This document shows, piece after piece, positions 15,077 through 24,762 of a DNA stretch of 64,000 bases. Numbering within the stretch: position 1 is the first letter of the stretch; each line of letters begins with the position of its first letter. Under the pieces are notes generated by a model, which worked only from the letters and a program-made list of their open reading frames with translations, was not told the DNA's origin and ran no database searches. Where the stretch lies: NCBI GenBank assembly GCA_028522875.1, contig GCA_028522875.1_3659.1, one strand, 5' to 3'. Origin of the DNA: a phage. A program made the position numbers and the translations under genes.

Positions 15077-16633
15077 GTGTCCAAAAAGAACCGCAGGAAA
15101 CACAACGCCACAGCCAAAACTGTGAATAAATCTGGGAACGCAGGCGCACCAACTCATAATGTTCGTATGAGTGAGATCGGTTCTGGCGCACTTTCCCAAA
15201 TTATGGCAGAATCGCAATCTATGATGGTTGAGGAATTGCGTTGGCCTCAGCTGATTGCCACAGTGGAGACTATGAAATGTGATTCCACAGTTGCTACTGC
15301 CTTAGATACAAAATATGTTTTCATCACGAAAGCATTCAATGATTTTAAGATCCTTTATAATGTTAAAAGTGAAGACTCTAAGAAAGCTGCCGAGCTTATA
15401 GAGTATTCTTTGCGTAATTTGGCAAACCAACAAACTCTTCGAGATATTGCAAGAAGCGCAGCTACCTTTAACGAGTATGGTTTTTCACTGTTTGAGAAAG
15501 TATACCGCAGAGAAAAAGAAGGTAAATATGCCGGGATGCTCCTTATCGATAAAATTGCATTCCGACCTCAGGCCAGCCTGTCCAGATCAGAGCCGTTTGT
15601 TTTTGATAAGAATAGCAGAACACTGACAGGTATTTATCAGTCACCTAATGCATTTCTAAACACTCAGAATGCACGCTGGGCTGGACCTCTTGCTGCAATG
15701 CCTTCAAAAGGCTTTAATGAGCCTGAAATTTTCATCCCTGCTAAAAAGCTTATGCTCATGACCCTGTCAGGAACAGAATCTAACCCTGCAGGTGTGTCAC
15801 CTATGATAGGTTGCTACAGATCTTTCCGTGAGAAAGTTCTGATTGAAAACCTTGAGGTTGTTGGCTGTTCCAAAGACCTTGGTGGCGTGCTTGAGCTGAA
15901 AATTCCTTCCAATATTTTGAACAAGGCCAGCATTGACCCGAATTCAATGGAAGGGAGAATGGTTGCAGACCTTATGCTTGACGCAGCAAACGCCCATAGT
16001 GGTGAGCAAAGTTTCTTTATACTTCCGTCTGATAGAGATAAGTCTGGTAAAGAGCTTTACTCCATGACCCTGAAGGGGGTTGACGGTATGGGTAAGCAGT
16101 ATTCCACTAAAGATTTGATTGATGCCCGTAAGAAGGCGATTCTTGACCGTTTCGGTGCTGGCTTTATTAACCTCGGTAACGATAACGTTGGATCCTTCTC
16201 TCTGTCCGAGTCAAAACAGTCTATCCATGGTCATTTTGTTCAGCGTGATATAGATATTATCACTGAGGCCTTCAATAAAGATCTTATTCCACAGCTTCTG
16301 GCATTGAATGGTATCATCCTTGAAGATGATGATATGCCTAAACTGAAACCTGGTCTGATTGAAGAAGTGGACATGGAGAGCTTCTCCAAGTTTGTCCAGA
16401 GGATCGGTGCTGTAGGTTACTTGCCAAAAACTCCTGCAGTAATTAATAAGATTCTTGAAGTAGGCGGGTTTGATGAAAGATTTGACGAGGACATGGATCA
16501 GGAAGAGCTGATGAAGCTCTTGGGCCAGGACATCAGTAGGGCTGGTGATGGAATGGCTGCAGGATCCACTGGTAACGGCACTTCTAAGATGTCATCAACC
16601 AGAGATAATTCCATATCCAACATGGAAAATTAA
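15077..16633 (+). CDS. putative portal protein
   Basis: 518 aa; GTG start behind GAGGGG RBS; position directly after terminase and size typical of portal proteins; no motif-level confirmation. Confidence 0.5.
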   Translation: MSKKNRRKHNATAKTVNKSGNAGAPTHNVRMSEIGSGALSQIMAESQSMMVEELRWPQLIATVETMKCDSTVATALDTKYVFITKAFNDFKILYNVKSEDSKKAAELIEYSLRNLANQQTLRDIARSAATFNEYGFSLFEKVYRREKEGKYAGMLLIDKIAFRPQASLSRSEPFVFDKNSRTLTGIYQSPNAFLNTQNARWAGPLAAMPSKGFNEPEIFIPAKKLMLMTLSGTESNPAGVSPMIGCYRSFREKVLIENLEVVGCSKDLGGVLELKIPSNILNKASIDPNSMEGRMVADLMLDAANAHSGEQSFFILPSDRDKSGKELYSMTLKGVDGMGKQYSTKDLIDARKKAILDRFGAGFINLGNDNVGSFSLSESKQSIHGHFVQRDIDIITEAFNKDLIPQLLALNGIILEDDDMPKLKPGLIEEVDMESFSKFVQRIGAVGYLPKTPAVINKILEVGGFDERFDEDMDQEELMKLLGQDISRAGDGMAAGSTGNGTSKMSSTRDNSISNMEN

Positions 16634-16651
16634 AAATTATCAACACAGGGG

Positions 16652-17119
16652 TTGCAAAACCTCCTTTGGCGTGATAAAATAATCCACATGGGGAATAATA
16701 TGCCACAGGAAGAAATGATTTCCTACGAAATCATCTACGAGCCTGACACTAAAGATGCTCACGGTGAGTGGATGAGTAAAGACACCATCAAAAAGGCTAA
16801 AGATAATTGGGACGCAGCATACGCCGCAGGCCTAGTTTCTGAAAACCTTTTCCACTTGACCTCTACAGATGCTTTCACTATTGAAAAGACGTGGATTCAA
16901 GAAGAGTTTGATGTTGTAGTAATTGGTACTGAGCAGGTCATCAAGGCTGGCTCTTGGGTTGCTAAAGTTAAATACAATAATCCTGAATTATGGGAAGCTA
17001 AGAAGGCTGGCATTGTTGGTGGCCTAAGCATTCAGGCAACAGGTAATGTTGATGAAGAGACGGGCGAAATTACCAATGTAAATTTCGGGATCAGTGTTGT
17101 AGAAGAGGGCAATGAATAA
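16652..17119 (+). CDS. head morphogenesis protein (function unknown; start uncertain, alternative ATG 16688/16699)
   Basis: ORF between portal and scaffold; track start is TTG. Confidence 0.3.
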   Translation: MQNLLWRDKIIHMGNNMPQEEMISYEIIYEPDTKDAHGEWMSKDTIKKAKDNWDAAYAAGLVSENLFHLTSTDAFTIEKTWIQEEFDVVVIGTEQVIKAGSWVAKVKYNNPELWEAKKAGIVGGLSIQATGNVDEETGEITNVNFGISVVEEGNE

Positions 17120-18099
17120 TGTCTGAAAAAACAATCACTATTAAAGAGAAGGGTATTGCCCTGTGCCATAAGGCGCAAGGATATAGCGCTAACAATCGGC
17201 CTGTATCTCTTTTAATGAAGAGCGATCTTAAGCCTGAGCAGTTAACAGACGATATTGTTAAGGCACTTCGCCAAGTTACTGTGGAGCTCAGTTTTGAAGA
17301 ATACCTGCGTCGTTTTTTCGATATGTGGTATGACGATGCTAAGGCACTGGCTCACCTGCTTGGGTTCGAGATTGAGGAAGAAGCTTGGGCAAAAGAACAC
17401 CCAGATTGGGAGTGGGCACAGGCTGATGCAGAGGCTTGTGTGCAGTGGTTAGAAGAACGTTGTGATAACGTAACCATTCACAAAGCTGCTAAAGAAGGTA
17501 AAGATTTAAGTATTGTTGACCAATACACTCTGTTGAAAACCCAACAAGTTTTTGAGCAGATGACCGCTGATCTCTTCGATGAAGAAGGGAAACTTATTAA
17601 AGCGGCGCAGGAAACCACAGAAGAAGTTGTTACAGACGCTGTGGACAATGTTGATAAATCCGCAAATACCGAGGAGAATCCGGTGGAAGACGTAACCAAG
17701 TCTCAAGAGTACCTGGACCTGCTGAAACAGTTCGAAGAACTGAAAGCTACCAATGAAAAGGCTGAAGAAATCATCAAGGCTCAGGTAGAAGTTGAAAAAG
17801 CTAAAATGCTGGAAAAAGCTCAGGCGTTAAGCTTCACCACTGAAGAAGACCACGCATCTCTGGTCGAATTCATGCTGGATAAAGCTAACGCTCCTGTTGT
17901 TGAATTGCTGGAAAAAGCTCAAGCTCGTATTGCTGAACTGGAAGCTAAAGTTGAAAAAGCTAAAGAAGAGTTCGCAACCACCGAGCAAGGCAAAGATGGT
18001 GATGTCGTAGTAGATGACATTGCTAAATCTGCTGAAGATATTATTGCTGAAAACGTCGCTAAAGCTCTGGCTCGTGCACGTAAAGAATCTAATAAATAA
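17119..18099 (+). CDS. putative scaffolding protein
   Basis: 326 aa, Glu/Lys/Ala-rich with long predicted coiled coils (KAEEIIKAQVEVEKAKMLEKAQA...ELEAKVEKAKEE); precedes capsid genes; optimal codons. Confidence 0.55.
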   Translation: MSEKTITIKEKGIALCHKAQGYSANNRPVSLLMKSDLKPEQLTDDIVKALRQVTVELSFEEYLRRFFDMWYDDAKALAHLLGFEIEEEAWAKEHPDWEWAQADAEACVQWLEERCDNVTIHKAAKEGKDLSIVDQYTLLKTQQVFEQMTADLFDEEGKLIKAAQETTEEVVTDAVDNVDKSANTEENPVEDVTKSQEYLDLLKQFEELKATNEKAEEIIKAQVEVEKAKMLEKAQALSFTTEEDHASLVEFMLDKANAPVVELLEKAQARIAELEAKVEKAKEEFATTEQGKDGDVVVDDIAKSAEDIIAENVAKALARARKESNK

Positions 18100-18120
18100 T
18101 CTGCTTAATAGGGGAAAATA

Positions 18121-18495
18121 ATGATCACCACTCAATATTCTGATATCGTGCTCGGCAAAGTAGATGCAAGCGATGCAGGTTTCAACTTTAAAGAGATTGA
18201 AATTACCCTTACTGCTGATCACGTTGCTGGCGCAGTAGTTACCAAAACTGGCACTCTGGCTAACAAAGATGGCACAGACACATTTGGTGTTCTGGTTGAC
18301 CGTGCACTTCTGCCGGACTCTGCTGGCAAAGTTAATCTGGCAGAGCCTCTGACTGTGGGTCAGAAATACAAATTAGTCGTTGCTGTTCGTGGCGTTACTT
18401 TCGCTAAAAAACACCTGAAAGTAGCCAGCGGCGAAGCTGCACCTGCTGCAGTTCTGGAAGCTCTCGAAGCCAAAGGCAACAAAGTTCAGGAATAA
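18121..18495 (+). CDS. small capsid-associated protein (possible decoration protein)
   Basis: 124 aa between scaffold and major capsid gene; strongly host-optimal codon usage; no motif. Confidence 0.35.
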   Translation: MITTQYSDIVLGKVDASDAGFNFKEIEITLTADHVAGAVVTKTGTLANKDGTDTFGVLVDRALLPDSAGKVNLAEPLTVGQKYKLVVAVRGVTFAKKHLKVASGEAAPAAVLEALEAKGNKVQE

Positions 18496-18541
18496 TCCTA
18501 GATCTTTGGGAAACAAATTTTAAAGTTATTTGGAGAAAATA

Positions 18542-19546
18542 ATGCGTAAAGATGATTTTGGTATTGTTGATTTAGGTGCTACTCTTGAACTGGTTCCGCG
18601 CCAATATCGCCTGATCACTGGTATGGATCTGTTTGAAACCCATCTCGGCACCTCAACAATCGCACAGATCGAACGTGTTGATGAAGTGGTTGGTGATATC
18701 GCCGCTCGCCGTCGTGGTGGTGAACGTAACTACGTTGATAGCGAACGTGCACAGATCAAAAACCTGAACATCCCGTTCTTCCCGCTGGATAAGGGTATTA
18801 CTGCTGCGGACGTTCAGAACTTTCGTCGCTACTTCACCCCAGATGCACCGAAAACTGTGCAAGACGTGGTTACTCGTGTAGTTCGTCGTATTCGTCTGAG
18901 CCACGAAACCCTGCGTGAAAAAGCTCTTTTTTCTGCAATTCTGGGTAAATCCTATGCACCTGGTGACAAAACTTGCCAGTATGACTATTACACGCTGTGG
19001 GGCGTTTCTCAGAAATCTATCGAAATCGATCCTAAAAATGCAGCACAGGACCCGATGGAAGTAATCGAAGATGCACGTCTGCACATTGCTCTGCAGGCTG
19101 GTGACAACGCTGGTGCTTATAACATCATCGCGCTGTGCTCTCCGAAATTCTTCTCTGCACTGGTTCATCACCCACTGGTAGAGCTGGCCTACACCTACTA
19201 CAGCTCTTCTCAGGAACCGCTGCGTCGTCGTCTGGGTGCAGGTGGCGAACAAAGCATTTACCGTGTGTTTGAACACAAGGGTATGACCTTTATCGAAGAT
19301 ATTTCTGGCAACATTCCGGACGGTGAGGCTCGCCTGATGCCTATGGGTATCGATCAGATGTTCCAGCTGCACTTTGCCCCGGCTGACACTGTGGAAGATG
19401 CAAATACCCCAGCTCAAGAGCTGTATATGTGGTATAAACACTCTGCCTACCTGAGAGAACAGAAAATCGAATCTGAAACCTCTATGCTGGCAGTTAACAC
19501 CCGTCCAGAGCTGGTTGTTAAAGCAACTCTGAAAGGTGGTGACTAA
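18542..19546 (+). CDS. putative major capsid protein
   Basis: about 334 aa from ATG 18542 behind GGAGAA RBS; position after scaffold; highly biased optimal codons (CTG, CGT, GGT, AAC); followed by strong terminator. Confidence 0.6.
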   Translation: MRKDDFGIVDLGATLELVPRQYRLITGMDLFETHLGTSTIAQIERVDEVVGDIAARRRGGERNYVDSERAQIKNLNIPFFPLDKGITAADVQNFRRYFTPDAPKTVQDVVTRVVRRIRLSHETLREKALFSAILGKSYAPGDKTCQYDYYTLWGVSQKSIEIDPKNAAQDPMEVIEDARLHIALQAGDNAGAYNIIALCSPKFFSALVHHPLVELAYTYYSSSQEPLRRRLGAGGEQSIYRVFEHKGMTFIEDISGNIPDGEARLMPMGIDQMFQLHFAPADTVEDANTPAQELYMWYKHSAYLREQKIESETSMLAVNTRPELVVKATLKGGD

Positions 19547-19570
19547 TCACTAAGGTGATTCATCCCATAT

Positions 19571-19599
19571 GGGGAGGGGGTTCTCCCCCTCCCCTTTTT
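19571..19599 (+). terminator. strong intrinsic terminator after capsid gene
   Basis: GGGGAGGGGG-TTCT-CCCCCTCCCC followed by TTTTTATTT. Confidence 0.7.
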
Positions 19600-19627
19600 A
19601 TTTATTAGGGTTTAACAGGAGTGTCCC

Positions 19628-20482
19628 GTGAATAGAGTTGTATATCCAGTCGAGTATGATCCTCTATTAAGAGTTTTCAACAATCAGTTAAGTTTTTATC
19701 AATTTTTAGCACAATACAATCCAGAAATCAATGTTGGTTTATCAGCCCTGCTGCCACCAACAGAGTTCGTTATTGGAAGTGTTCACTATCCATGCAGAAC
19801 GATTGTAGACTTCTTCGAGAAGATTGCAAAACACACAGGCCTGCCAATTGATACTGGTATCTCAACTATCCGTATGGGTGTTATTCTTCTGTTCTTCACA
19901 GAGAACCTTGATGAAAGCACTTTAACACTGCAAAGCGGTGATGTCAATATCACACTCACCCCGTCAGTGTTTAAAGAGGTAGATGCCGCTTTCAAAGTTT
20001 CAGTGGCAGAGGGCCATCTGTGGGACCCTGAAGGGATGCCCAAAAAAGTGACCATAAACGATGAGCAATGCGATGTTGCTTATGCAGAAGATACCCAGAC
20101 TTTCACCATTGAGTGGCCTAAGAAACGTTCTCAGGTTGTAAATCTTGGGCTGACTTCTACAGTAGCCCCAGAACCTGAACCAGAGCCGGAGCCACCTGTA
20201 GGCCCTACTGAACCTGGTGGTGGCAGTGAGGAATCACCAGGCCCGACCGCACAGGAGGGTACGGAAGGTACTGAACAGGATCCTGAGCAGGCACAAGAAT
20301 CAAGATCTTCTCACGGCGATGTTGATGCCATACTGCACCAAGCCGCAGCTCTTAACAACGAAGATGACAAAAGTGGTTCGAAAGATGCACTCCAAACCTT
20401 CGCTAAAGAGCACGGTGTTACCTTAAGTAAGGCAAAAACTTTCCAAAATATGATGAAAGATTTTGAGGCTGCACTGGCATAA
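19628..20482 (+). CDS. virion protein with Pro/Glu-rich linker (284 aa)
   Basis: GTG start behind AGGAG RBS; central PEPEPEPEPPVGPTEPGGG linker separating two domains. Confidence 0.35.
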   Translation: MNRVVYPVEYDPLLRVFNNQLSFYQFLAQYNPEINVGLSALLPPTEFVIGSVHYPCRTIVDFFEKIAKHTGLPIDTGISTIRMGVILLFFTENLDESTLTLQSGDVNITLTPSVFKEVDAAFKVSVAEGHLWDPEGMPKKVTINDEQCDVAYAEDTQTFTIEWPKKRSQVVNLGLTSTVAPEPEPEPEPPVGPTEPGGGSEESPGPTAQEGTEGTEQDPEQAQESRSSHGDVDAILHQAAALNNEDDKSGSKDALQTFAKEHGVTLSKAKTFQNMMKDFEAALA

Positions 20483-20541
20483 TTTTGTTAAGGCCCCTTC
20501 CAAATCAGGAATGGGGCTTTATTTTTACGAGGTATTTTCAA

Positions 20542-21162
20542 ATGGCATGGTATGAAGATGAAGAGATTATCCCGTCACCGCCTAACCATGATGGTGTAGT
20601 CGATACCCCAGAAGAACCACCAAAAGAAGATCCTGTGCCCCCAGAACCTGATCCAGACCAACCTCTTATTGATATTATGAGGTTATTGCTTGGAAATGTT
20701 GATGAGGAAACACTCCCTGATGGGGTAATTAAAACATTCCTTGACATGGAGAAGTTGAAACTAAATTATCCGGCAGACCCTGATAAGCTACCCCTGCTTA
20801 AGTACAATGTGCTTGTGCAGCTTGTGCGGTGGCTGATGATGCAGGAAGTTTCCAGCGGTAATGCAAGTATAACTTCTCGTCTGGAAAAAATAGGTGATGA
20901 GACCATAGAGATTCGTGGTGGATCTTCCTACGCCCAATGGAAAGATTTCCTTGATTGGCTGCTGGCACACCCAGACTATGTAGATTCTGAGCTAGATGCT
21001 TACAGCAGAATGATTATCATTGGTGGTGTTCGTGTAGATGAAGGAATTCGGGTTAAATTTAATGAAAACAGCAACGGGCCGTTCGATGTCCAGGGTATTA
21101 CACCTATCAGTGGTCTAAATAACCAACCTCCTCGCCACCCAAGACGCAAACGCAGTTTTTAA
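20542..21162 (+). CDS. putative head-tail joining protein (206 aa)
   Basis: ATG 20542 chosen because track start 20485 lies inside terminator-like hairpin; acidic Pro-rich N-terminus. Confidence 0.3.
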   Translation: MAWYEDEEIIPSPPNHDGVVDTPEEPPKEDPVPPEPDPDQPLIDIMRLLLGNVDEETLPDGVIKTFLDMEKLKLNYPADPDKLPLLKYNVLVQLVRWLMMQEVSSGNASITSRLEKIGDETIEIRGGSSYAQWKDFLDWLLAHPDYVDSELDAYSRMIIIGGVRVDEGIRVKFNENSNGPFDVQGITPISGLNNQPPRHPRRKRSF

Positions 21163-21168
21163 AAATTG

Positions 21169-21197
21169 TTGCTTTTGATGTATCTTTGTGGTAAAAT
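21169..21197 (+). promoter_or_regulatory. promoter TTGCTT-N17-TAAAAT with TGg extended -10
   Basis: -35 TTGCTT 21169-21174, -10 TAAAAT 21192-21197 preceded by TGG. Confidence 0.45.
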
Positions 21198-21215
21198 ACA
21201 TTAGTGAGGGATATA

Positions 21216-21674
21216 ATGCTAAAGGTTAAATGTCAAACAAGGTTCAACCTAAAGCGTTTAGATCGCTTCTACAAAGAACTTGTGAGACTTGAAAGTAAAA
21301 CAATAACCTACGGCTTTTATGACGAACCTCACCCGTCAGGCTTAAATATGGCAACATTGGCAGCCATTCACAACTTCGGTTGGAACGGGCTTCCTGTTCG
21401 CAATTTCATGGAGACAGCCTTTGCATTTCACAACACTCAACTACAGACCTTGACAGAAAAATTGTTGAGAGCTATGGCTAGAGGATCAAGTGCAGAGGCT
21501 ATTCTTAAGCAGATGGGGGACACAGGGGCCAAAGCTATCCAGTTTGTTATTGAGGCTGGTCAGTTTAGTAATCCTACTGTTAGTGAGCAGTGGGCACAAG
21601 AAAAGGGATTCAACGAGGCTATGCGGCATTACGATGTGCTGCTTGAATCTGCAACCTTTAAAATCGGACAGTAA
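21216..21674 (+). CDS. putative head-tail connector/completion protein
   Basis: ATG 21216 behind GTGAGGG; position between head and tail genes. Confidence 0.3.
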   Translation: MLKVKCQTRFNLKRLDRFYKELVRLESKTITYGFYDEPHPSGLNMATLAAIHNFGWNGLPVRNFMETAFAFHNTQLQTLTEKLLRAMARGSSAEAILKQMGDTGAKAIQFVIEAGQFSNPTVSEQWAQEKGFNEAMRHYDVLLESATFKIGQ

Positions 21675-21689
21675 AAATAAGGGGGTTGA

Positions 21690-22115
21690 GTGGCAGCAGG
21701 TTATAAGCTGATAGGAAAGAACAGACTAATACCTCGTAAAACATTCAAAGGTCGCCACAGAGTGTATAACAAAACAGTTGGCGGTCCTTTTGTCAACGAG
21801 GGGTTAGAGCTTGAGTATGAAGAGTTTGATGTCTTAGAGTGTGTTGTGCAGCCGTTGACAGGAAGGGCAGCTAAAGATTACTCCTCTCAAATAAACCCTG
21901 AAGGTGACAGACAGTACGAGGCTTTTACAGTTTACTCTTCAACCAAGTTGTATAGTCCGAACGAAGGAACATATGCAATGGCTGACCAAATTCAGCTGCC
22001 TGACATCCGTGGTGACTTGAAATGGTTTACCGTTTTAAAATGCGATGCATATGTTACCTCCGGCGGCGGGAGATATAGATTTTTTGTGGTAGAAGAGCCT
22101 GAAGGAGAGAACTGA
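21690..22115 (+). CDS. putative tail completion/neck protein
   Basis: 141 aa; GTG start behind AAGGGGG RBS; position only. Confidence 0.3.
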   Translation: MAAGYKLIGKNRLIPRKTFKGRHRVYNKTVGGPFVNEGLELEYEEFDVLECVVQPLTGRAAKDYSSQINPEGDRQYEAFTVYSSTKLYSPNEGTYAMADQIQLPDIRGDLKWFTVLKCDAYVTSGGGRYRFFVVEEPEGEN

Positions 22116-22666
22116 TGGAAGCTTTCGAAAAAGTTTTTTCTGATCTTGAAACAACCATTGCCAAGCTCGTCAAGGTTGCCACAGGAAGAACTGTAGTTCT
22201 GGCAGAAAGCTCTACCATACCGAAGCCGGAAGGTGAGTTTGTACTTTTACAAACCTTAGCGATCAATCCCGCCACTTGGGAAGATAATGAATTTCAAGAT
22301 GCGGAGGGTAATGCTTACGTCACCCACAGCTACACTGTTACTTATCTATTAACAGCTTATCGTGGCAGGGCATATGCTGCACTTAGCAGAGTATTGCAAG
22401 CAATAAACCTTCCAATGTTTTATGACAAGTATTTCCCTCTGGGATCGTGCTTTGCCTACTCTAACAATTCAACAATCTCACCTCAAAGAGTGCCGTTGAA
22501 TAAGCAGACGTATGAAAATAGAGCCACTGTGATGCTGACATTTAACGTAAGGTTTGTTGAAACAGACATTGGGGCTTTTGAGGATCTTCAGGGAATTAAG
22601 GCTGAAATAACCACACACTTCCCTTCACCCAATTCTGGTAAAGCGGTTACAGACAGTGGTCAGTAA
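22115..22666 (+). CDS. putative tail-associated protein
   Basis: 183 aa; start overlaps upstream stop (ATGA-type coupling); position only. Confidence 0.3.
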   Translation: MEAFEKVFSDLETTIAKLVKVATGRTVVLAESSTIPKPEGEFVLLQTLAINPATWEDNEFQDAEGNAYVTHSYTVTYLLTAYRGRAYAALSRVLQAINLPMFYDKYFPLGSCFAYSNNSTISPQRVPLNKQTYENRATVMLTFNVRFVETDIGAFEDLQGIKAEITTHFPSPNSGKAVTDSGQ

Positions 22667-22681
22667 TCGTTATAATTGTGT

Positions 22682-22698
22682 AGTGTAATGATTACACT
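22682..22698. promoter_or_regulatory. perfect 17-bp palindrome AGTGTAAT-G-ATTACACT upstream of major tail gene
   Basis: 8-bp inverted arms around a central G, about 40 bp upstream of ATG 22739, just downstream of a TATAAT hexamer (22670-22676). Confidence 0.4.
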
Positions 22699-22738
22699 GC
22701 GTGTTTGATATCCGTGCACAGATATTAAGAGGAAACAA

Positions 22739-24115
22739 ATGCCATATTTAGATAAAGTGGTAGATGTTACAGTTAACCTCGGAACCCAGCCTATTGACAC
22801 TGTAGGTTTCGAAACTCCCCTGTTCATCGCTATCCACAATAACTTTACTGAGCGAGCTCGCGTATATGCGGAGCTGGATCAGATGGTGGAAGATGGTTTC
22901 GCACAAGGCTCTGCAGCGTATGAGTTTGCAGCAAAAGCTTTTGGTGGTGTATTCCCTCCACAATACGTTATGATCGGCAGACAGGCCAAAGAAAAGACCA
23001 CTGTAGATTTTAAAGGTATTGCTGCCGCAGCTGATACCGATGTCGTAATGACTATTGCAAAAGGTGACTACAATACTGCCTTGATAGTCCCTATCTCTGG
23101 TGGAACAGGGGCAACTCAGATCGCAGAGGCAATGAAGGAAAAAATTGAGGCTGATGATAGCTTAGACGGTATCACCGTGCAGGCCGACGAAGGTGTTATC
23201 ACCATCACTGGTGATTGTACTGTTGGTTATCATACTGGTAATTATACGATCAAAAACATTGCCAATAGTGAAAAACCTTCTACCGTGATCGACAAGATCA
23301 ACGCTGAGCAGGATAATTGGTACTTCTTGTGCCATGAAGACCACACAGATATTGAGGCATGTGCTAAGTGGGCTCAGGCTAACTACAAACTGCATGTCTA
23401 CTCTACTGCAGAAGATGTTACTGGTAAAGACAGCAACATTGCCACTAAACTGAAAGCTGCAAAATATGACAGTGTTGGTATGTACGATCCTCGCGCCGAC
23501 AAAGACTTCCCAGAGGGCGGTATTATCGGAGCTATGGCATCCAACGATCCGTCTTACGGCGACAGCTTACACTTAAAACAGATACCTGGTGTTCTTGCAC
23601 CATCCCTGACCTTGACCCAGCGCATGGCGATTTGGGAGAACAATATTAACTTCTACAGAACAATCAACGGTGTTGGTGCTTTCTGGGAAGGTAAATGTGC
23701 CTCTGGTCAGTATGCAGATGCTATCCGATTCGCTCACTGGGTTAAGTTTAGATCTGAAGAGTCCATGTTTGGATATATGCACCGCCGATCTAATATGGGC
23801 CTGAGCATGAAGATGTCTGATGATGATCTTCCGGTTATTAAGTCTGTCCTGATGAACAACCCAATCAACACTGGCATTAAGAATGGTGCGATCCTGACAG
23901 GTTTCGACGAAGACAATAATGTATTCTACGACCCGATCATCACAGTTCCTAAACGTGCAGAAATTCCAACTAATCAGTTGGCTGCTCGTGTTCTGGAAGG
24001 TGTGAAAGTAGAACTGGTGTATAATAACGCCCTGCACTTCGTTCGTATCCGGATCAACGTCCTTCTGGACAAAGTTGGTTCTAAATCCACCAATGCTGTT
24101 GCAATGACTGAATAA
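22739..24115 (+). CDS. major tail protein, tail sheath-like (contractile-tail assignment tentative)
   Basis: 458 aa; strong AAGAGGAAA RBS; optimal codon usage; followed by 157-aa tube-size gene, chaperone pair and tape measure. Confidence 0.45.
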   Translation: MPYLDKVVDVTVNLGTQPIDTVGFETPLFIAIHNNFTERARVYAELDQMVEDGFAQGSAAYEFAAKAFGGVFPPQYVMIGRQAKEKTTVDFKGIAAAADTDVVMTIAKGDYNTALIVPISGGTGATQIAEAMKEKIEADDSLDGITVQADEGVITITGDCTVGYHTGNYTIKNIANSEKPSTVIDKINAEQDNWYFLCHEDHTDIEACAKWAQANYKLHVYSTAEDVTGKDSNIATKLKAAKYDSVGMYDPRADKDFPEGGIIGAMASNDPSYGDSLHLKQIPGVLAPSLTLTQRMAIWENNINFYRTINGVGAFWEGKCASGQYADAIRFAHWVKFRSEESMFGYMHRRSNMGLSMKMSDDDLPVIKSVLMNNPINTGIKNGAILTGFDEDNNVFYDPIITVPKRAEIPTNQLAARVLEGVKVELVYNNALHFVRIRINVLLDKVGSKSTNAVAMTE

Positions 24116-24125
24116 GGAAGCCTAG

Positions 24126-24599
24126 ATGGAAACTCAAATTTTAACTCCTTATGCGTATGACCCTAAAAAGGTCAAACTGTATCTGATGCAGCAGCGTGTC
24201 ACTGGCTTCGCTGCTGACACCAAGATTGTTGTTTCAAGAAACGAAGACAACATTTATCCTCACGTCGGTGTGGATGGTGAAATGTCTGCGGCTCTGTCCC
24301 GTAACCAATCTGGTGTTATGACTGTGTCTTTGCAGAACACTTCTGTATGGAACGCTTACCTTTCTGACTGGCAGAAACAGGCATCGATTACTGGCCTGGT
24401 ATTCTTCCCGGTTCTGCTGGAAGGTAGCCAGGGCCCCGGTATTTCCACAGTCGGTTGGATCCAGAAACAGCCTGACCTGACTTACGGAACAGAAGTAGGT
24501 CAACTGGACTGGGATATCGGTATTCTGGATGCATGGCTCAACCGTGATAACATTACTGGTGCTCTCACTGGCCTCGCAGGTCTTGCAGGTATTATCTAA
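24126..24599 (+). CDS. putative tail tube protein
   Basis: 157 aa; AAGGAAG RBS; position between sheath-like gene and chaperone; followed by terminator. Confidence 0.4.
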   Translation: METQILTPYAYDPKKVKLYLMQQRVTGFAADTKIVVSRNEDNIYPHVGVDGEMSAALSRNQSGVMTVSLQNTSVWNAYLSDWQKQASITGLVFFPVLLEGSQGPGISTVGWIQKQPDLTYGTEVGQLDWDIGILDAWLNRDNITGALTGLAGLAGII

Positions 24600-24614
24600 G
24601 GGCACACTTTAGCA

Positions 24615-24649
24615 TAAGCCTCACCTTAGGGTGGGGCTTTTTGCTTTTT
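24615..24649 (+). terminator. intrinsic terminator after tail tube gene
   Basis: AAGCCTCACC-TTAG-GGTGGGGCTT followed by TTTGCTTTTT. Confidence 0.65.
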
Positions 24650-24690
24650 ATGGTTTTGACACACGTTCTTGAATTGCTTGAAAGGTTAAA

Positions 24691-24719
24691 TTGACAATGC
24701 ACCATAATCATGGTAAAAT
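24691..24719 (+). promoter_or_regulatory. promoter TTGACA-N17-TAAAAT with TGg extended -10, inside tail module
   Basis: -35 TTGACA 24691-24696, -10 TAAAAT 24714-24719 preceded by TGG; 44 nt upstream of chaperone ATG. Confidence 0.5.
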
Positions 24720-24762
24720 ACACAAATATGGTGCACAACATGACTAATAAGGATGCTATAAA

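Noticed and set aside
18653-19441. Minus-strand 262-aa ORF
   Set aside because: Antisense to the major capsid gene, which has strong codon bias and context; treated as a frame artifact. Similar antisense ORFs elsewhere (e.g. 43837-44217, 53434-53862, 56587-57042) rejected for the same reason.
20485-20541. Track start codons lying inside terminator hairpins (20485 here, TTG 39802 similarly)
   Set aside because: Starts fall within GC hairpin/T-run structures without RBS; downstream ATGs (20542, 39871) with Shine-Dalgarno sequences preferred.
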